DNA of 64,000 nt. It comes from Squalus acanthias. Lineage: Eukaryota. Each line of letters begins with the position of its first letter. Position 1 is the stretch's first letter. The position numbers and the translations under genes were made by a program. The stretch is from assembly GCA_030390025.1 (NCBI GenBank), contig CM059431.1, positions 144,276,001-144,340,000 of the forward strand, given 5' to 3'. The notes under the pieces are model-generated. The model saw nothing but the letters and a program-made list of their open reading frames with translations. It was not told where the DNA came from and ran no database searches. Below are positions 61,925 through 64,000 of this stretch, one piece after another.

Positions 61925-63380
61925 TCACATGGAATGTACAGCAGAGAAACAGTCCATTAGACTAACTGACCCATGCCGATGATTATGCACCAAACGAGCC
62001 TCCTTCCGTCCCTCTTCATCTAAGACTATCAGCATATCCTTCTATCCCTCTCTCCCTAAAGTGCTTATCTAGCTTCCCCTAAAATACAATTGTTATTCGC
62101 TCAACCAATCCATGTGGTAGTGATTTTCACATTCCAACCACTCTCTGAGTTAAGAAGTTTCTCCTAAATTCCCTACTGATTGATTAGTAATATTTCTATA
62201 TTTATGGCCCCTGGTTTTGGTCTCCCCTACAAGTGAAAACATTGTCTCCATATCAACACTTTCAAAACCCTTCATAATTTTAAAGACCTCTATTAGGCAA
62301 CTCTCAGCTTTTTCTTTTCTAGAGTAAAGAGCCCCAGCTTGTTCAGTCTTTCCTGAAAATTATAACCTTTGAGTTCTAGTATCATCCTTGTTAATCTTTT
62401 TTGCGCCTTCTCCATGCCTTTATAGCCTTTTTAAAAATACGGTGACCAGAACTGTGGACAGTACACAACGTGTGTTCTAGCCAAAGTTCAATCATTTTAA
62501 ATGACTTCTCTGCTTTTCAAATCTAGAAATGAAGGCCGCGCTTTGTTTGAATTTGAAGGACGTATAAACCTGCGTCGTTACATTAGTGAGTTGTCTGTCG
62601 GTATCCCATATCCTTTTACCACTTGTCTTTACCCCTATTAGGCTCTTATTATCCAAGGAGTGTGAGGCCTCCTTTTTCTTCCCATCAAAATACACCACCT
62701 CACACTTATCTATATCGAAATTCATTTTCCCATTATGCAAGTTTATTAATATTTTATTTTAGTGTCTCACAGTCTTCGTCACTATTAAGTGCGACGCCCC
62801 CATCGCCCCGCCCCTAATTGTTGTCTTTGATTCTATGCTAATTTTAATATATCTGCTGGAGTATTGCGTCCAATTCTGGGCACCACACTTTAGGAAAGAG
62901 GGTACAGAAGAGGTTTACCAGAATGATACCAGGGATGAGAGACTTCAATTATGTGGAGAGACTAGCGAAGCTTGGGTTATTCTCCTTAGAGCAGAGAAGT
63001 TTAAGGGGAGATTCAATATATGTGTTAACATTTATGAGGCGTTTTGTTGGTGTGGATCCGGAAAAACTAATTCCAGTTGCAGGAGGATCGGTAACCAGAG
63101 GACACAGATATAAGATCATTGACAAAAGAACCAGAGGCGACAGGAGGAGAACGGTTTTACACAACGAGTTGTTACGATCTGGAAAGCTCTGCCTGAAAGG
63201 GTATTAGAAGTAGATAGAATAATAACTTTCAAAAGAGAATGAGATAAATAGTTGGAGGGGAAAACTTACCAGGGCTTTGGGGAAAGGGCAGGGGTAGTGG
63301 GACTAATTGGATAGATCGTTCAAAGAGCCAGCACAGGCCCGATGGGCCGAATGTCCTCCTTCTGTGCTGTACGATTCAAT
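61925..63380. mobile_element. CR1 fragments (- 61925-62740; + 62855-63380)
   Basis: MNFDIDKCEVVYF; LEYCVQFWAPH; LGLFSLEQRSLRGD. Confidence 0.8.
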
Positions 63381-64000
63381 TTCCTGTCAGCTGCAGTAGA
63401 GCGATAGGGGAACAAATTGATCAAACGACCCACTGAGGTTGGTAATGAGACACATTGTGGTGACAGATTAAGAGACAGGCTTCACTTTTATCCAGTTGTG
63501 GTCTATCTGACTGTGAGTGCTTGCATTCAGACGCTGGATCTCTAAAATTCCAGGTGTTCCAATCCCCAGCAGTATCGCTCACGTCGATTAACACAAGTAT
63601 CATAAGAAAATAGTATTTGTGAGTAACTATCGTTCATTAACCTTTTATAGTAATGAGCTAGCACACCAAGCAATTCACAGCCCAGTGAGGCTTTTGAAAA
63701 GCGATAGACAAGATTACATGGCTACAGTGCTGACCTGAATTGGTACATTTTATTCCCATATATAGTTTGGGTGTGACACAAGAAATGGAGATGGAATGGA
63801 TCAACGCCAGAAATGTATCTGAGACGGTGAGAACAAACCCTTTTAAAAGCTGTACGAGATTTCAGTATCTAGATTCCTAATGCTAAAGCATTGCAGCAGG
63901 CGGAGGCCACACAGTCCCTCTAGACTGTTGCGCCATTAATTCAGGTCGTGGCTGATCTGTACCTCAAGTCCAATTTCCGGCTTTAGCTCCCAATCCTTAC

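Overview
Vertebrate genomic DNA, very probably from a cartilaginous fish (shark). This is inferred from the repeat mix (CR1 LINEs, L2 3' ends, Deu-domain SINEs, V-SINEs, Penelope-type palindromes) and from the tandem two-exon GPR139/GPR142-like class A GPCR genes. Three GPCR copies are present. Copy 1 (+, exons 3302-3356 and 4901-5796) carries a nonsense codon. Copy 2 (-, exon 26490-25589) has no exon 1 that I could find. Copy 3 (-, exons 46122-46053 and 45627-44717) looks intact. Probable 3' exons of an MS4A-like four-TM gene lie on the minus strand at 60.3-63.8 kb. Most of the rest is repeat. A young full-length Gypsy LTR retrotransposon (30546-34988) lacks a tRNA PBS, has an 11-nt sequence complementary to its own LTR in that position (candidate self-priming) and has a YLDN RT motif. 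There are three copies of a ~750-bp TIR MITE with co-varying hairpins. Related 26-bp and 49-bp minisatellites lie ~440-450 bp upstream of two GPCR start codons. A 78-bp B-box-like satellite occurs as two inverted arrays. A Penelope-type palindrome carries a minimal hammerhead core, and many nested CR1/L2/SINE fragments fill the remainder. All family names come from my recognition of motifs, not from database searches, and repeat boundaries are approximate.
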